The notes below the pieces were generated by a model, which saw only the letters and a list, made by a program, of their open reading frames with translations, searched no databases and was not told the DNA's origin. A stretch of 64,000 nt of DNA, taken from IMG/VR virus record IMGVR_UViG_2061766007_001346, positions 32,001-96,000 of that record, one strand, 5' to 3'. Below, piece by piece: positions 63,221-64,000 of this stretch (its first letter is position 1; each line of letters opens with the position of its first letter). The stretch is from a virus. Its lineage: Duplodnaviria > Caudoviricetes. A program made the position numbers and the translations under genes.

Positions 63221-63639
63221 TGGCAAAATATTTTACACTTAGAGAAATGTACGCGTCCGATACCGCAAAGAAATTAGGTATTACAAATGTTCCGCCATCA
63301 AGTGCTGTAACGCATCTAAATGAGTTGATGGACTTCTTAGATGGATTACGTGCTGCATGAGGAAGCCCTATCATCGTAACTAGTGGTTATCGGTGTGCTA
63401 AACTAAATCGTGCTGTTGGTGGCTCTACTACTTCTGCACACTTAGTTGGATATGCTGCAGACCTAGTTCCTCAGAATGGAAAAATGGAGGAATTTAAGAC
63501 ATTCTGTCAGAAATGAATCAAAGATAAGCAATGGGATCAACTATTGTTAGAGAAATCTAAGACTTCGCAGTGGGTGCACATCGGATTAAAGAATAGATAT
63601 GGTGCTCAAAGAAAAGAAGTCAAAATGCTCACTGTATAA
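63220..63639 (+). CDS. Peptidase M15A-type endolysin, 139 aa; absent from ORF track
   Basis: VTSGYRC..LN.AVGG...SAH..GYAAD...WVHIG; two in-frame TGA. Confidence 0.9.
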
Positions 63640-63929
63640 TGGAAGTATTTGATGACATGGTATGCGTTGTAACCTCCAATAAAATAAAGATAAAGGATAG
63701 TTACAAAATAAAATCTCGTGCCGATATGGCAGAGATTTTATACGCAATCCAACACAAGCATCCAGAATGTGAAGCATTCAAAAGAAGTTACACTAGTTTG
63801 ATTGCGGAATGAAGAACGCACAATAGATTGTATAGATTGGGATATAAACAACATCGTACTCGCGACGTTGATTTAGACTATCCGTTAAAATGATATTTTG
63901 AATTTGCTTATAGAATATTAGGTATATAA
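63639..63929 (+). CDS. Hypothetical protein, 96 aa; absent from ORF track
   Basis: TAATG overlap; E(W)RTHNRLYRLG..RTRDVDLD; TAA 63927-29. Confidence 0.7.
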
Positions 63930-63930
63930 T

Positions 63931-64000
63931 ATGAAACATTTAAAAACTTTCGATTCAGAGGCAGAACAAAGTAGTTTTAGAGTCAGTTCGAATTATGTGG
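63931..64000 (+). CDS. Start of a gene truncated by the window edge (MKHLKTFDSEAE...)
   Basis: ATG 1 nt after the previous stop, open to the end. Confidence 0.55.
   Translation, partial: MKHLKTFDSEAEQSSFRVSSNYV

Larger units (their letters stand above)
1..64000. mobile_element. crAss-like (Crassvirales-type) phage genome segment, structural/packaging/lysis module, TGA=Trp recoded
   Basis: TerL-portal, then MCP-ring proteins-tail stabilisation protein-giant cargo genes in crAss-like order; BACON protein; Bacteroidota promoter consensus; in-frame TGA at conserved Trp positions. Confidence 0.93.

Noticed and set aside
1-64000. Fragmented ORFs read as pseudogenes or a decaying prophage
   Set aside because: Breaks are in-frame TGA at Trp positions, with a single frameshift; essential genes are intact under table 4.
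1-64000. Suppressor tRNA, CRISPR array or DGR (RT/template repeat)
   Set aside because: No cloverleaf, regularly spaced repeats, reverse transcriptase or adenine-mismatch repeat pair was seen by eye. Intergenic gaps are short. tRNAscan-SE would be the definitive check.

Overview
This window is the virion-morphogenesis half of a crAss-like (Crassvirales-type) phage, probably infecting a Bacteroidota host. TGA is read as Trp (translation table 4). The supplied ORF track is therefore fragmented: consecutive same-frame pieces separated only by TGA join into intact genes ending in TAA or TAG, often with TAATG stop-start overlaps, and several genes are missing from the track altogether. All CDS coordinates below use TGA=Trp. 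In transcription order, the minus strand carries: a PD-(D/E)XK nuclease, two Cys-rich Zn proteins, a GroES-like protein, a GG-motif polyprotein-like gene, a conserved pre-TerL gene, TerL, portal, a 2115-aa fibre, a BACON protein, and an accessory block (HTH, Stealth phosphotransferase, a six-gene Gly-rich/HExxH operon). After that come an LTD+metallophosphoesterase protein, a 2642-aa CotH-kinase/LRR protein, a spanin-like gene, a scaffold-like gene, MCP, ring and auxiliary capsid proteins, the tail stabilisation/muzzle protein, DUF192 and large putative ejected cargo proteins. A divergent plus-strand operon from 62846 encodes an HExxH protein and an M15 endolysin. Bacteroidota-type promoters (TTTG-N19/20-TAnnTTTG) and intrinsic terminators punctuate the region. 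The most interesting observations are five. (1) A short xxQ/KxGGx[ILV] motif recurs about 20 times, almost only in putative internal/cargo proteins, and delimits duplicated modules; it is a candidate packaging or proteolytic-processing signal. (2) A -1 frameshift at U_UUU_UUC is revealed by an internal protein repeat. (3) A giant kinase and a phosphoesterase are adjacent, close to a Stealth gene. (4) A roughly 100-nt promoter-to-terminator small RNA lies on the plus strand. (5) TGA usage is strongly non-random. No tRNA, CRISPR array, intron or intein was recognised. Product names come from remembered motifs and gene order; no database searches were run.
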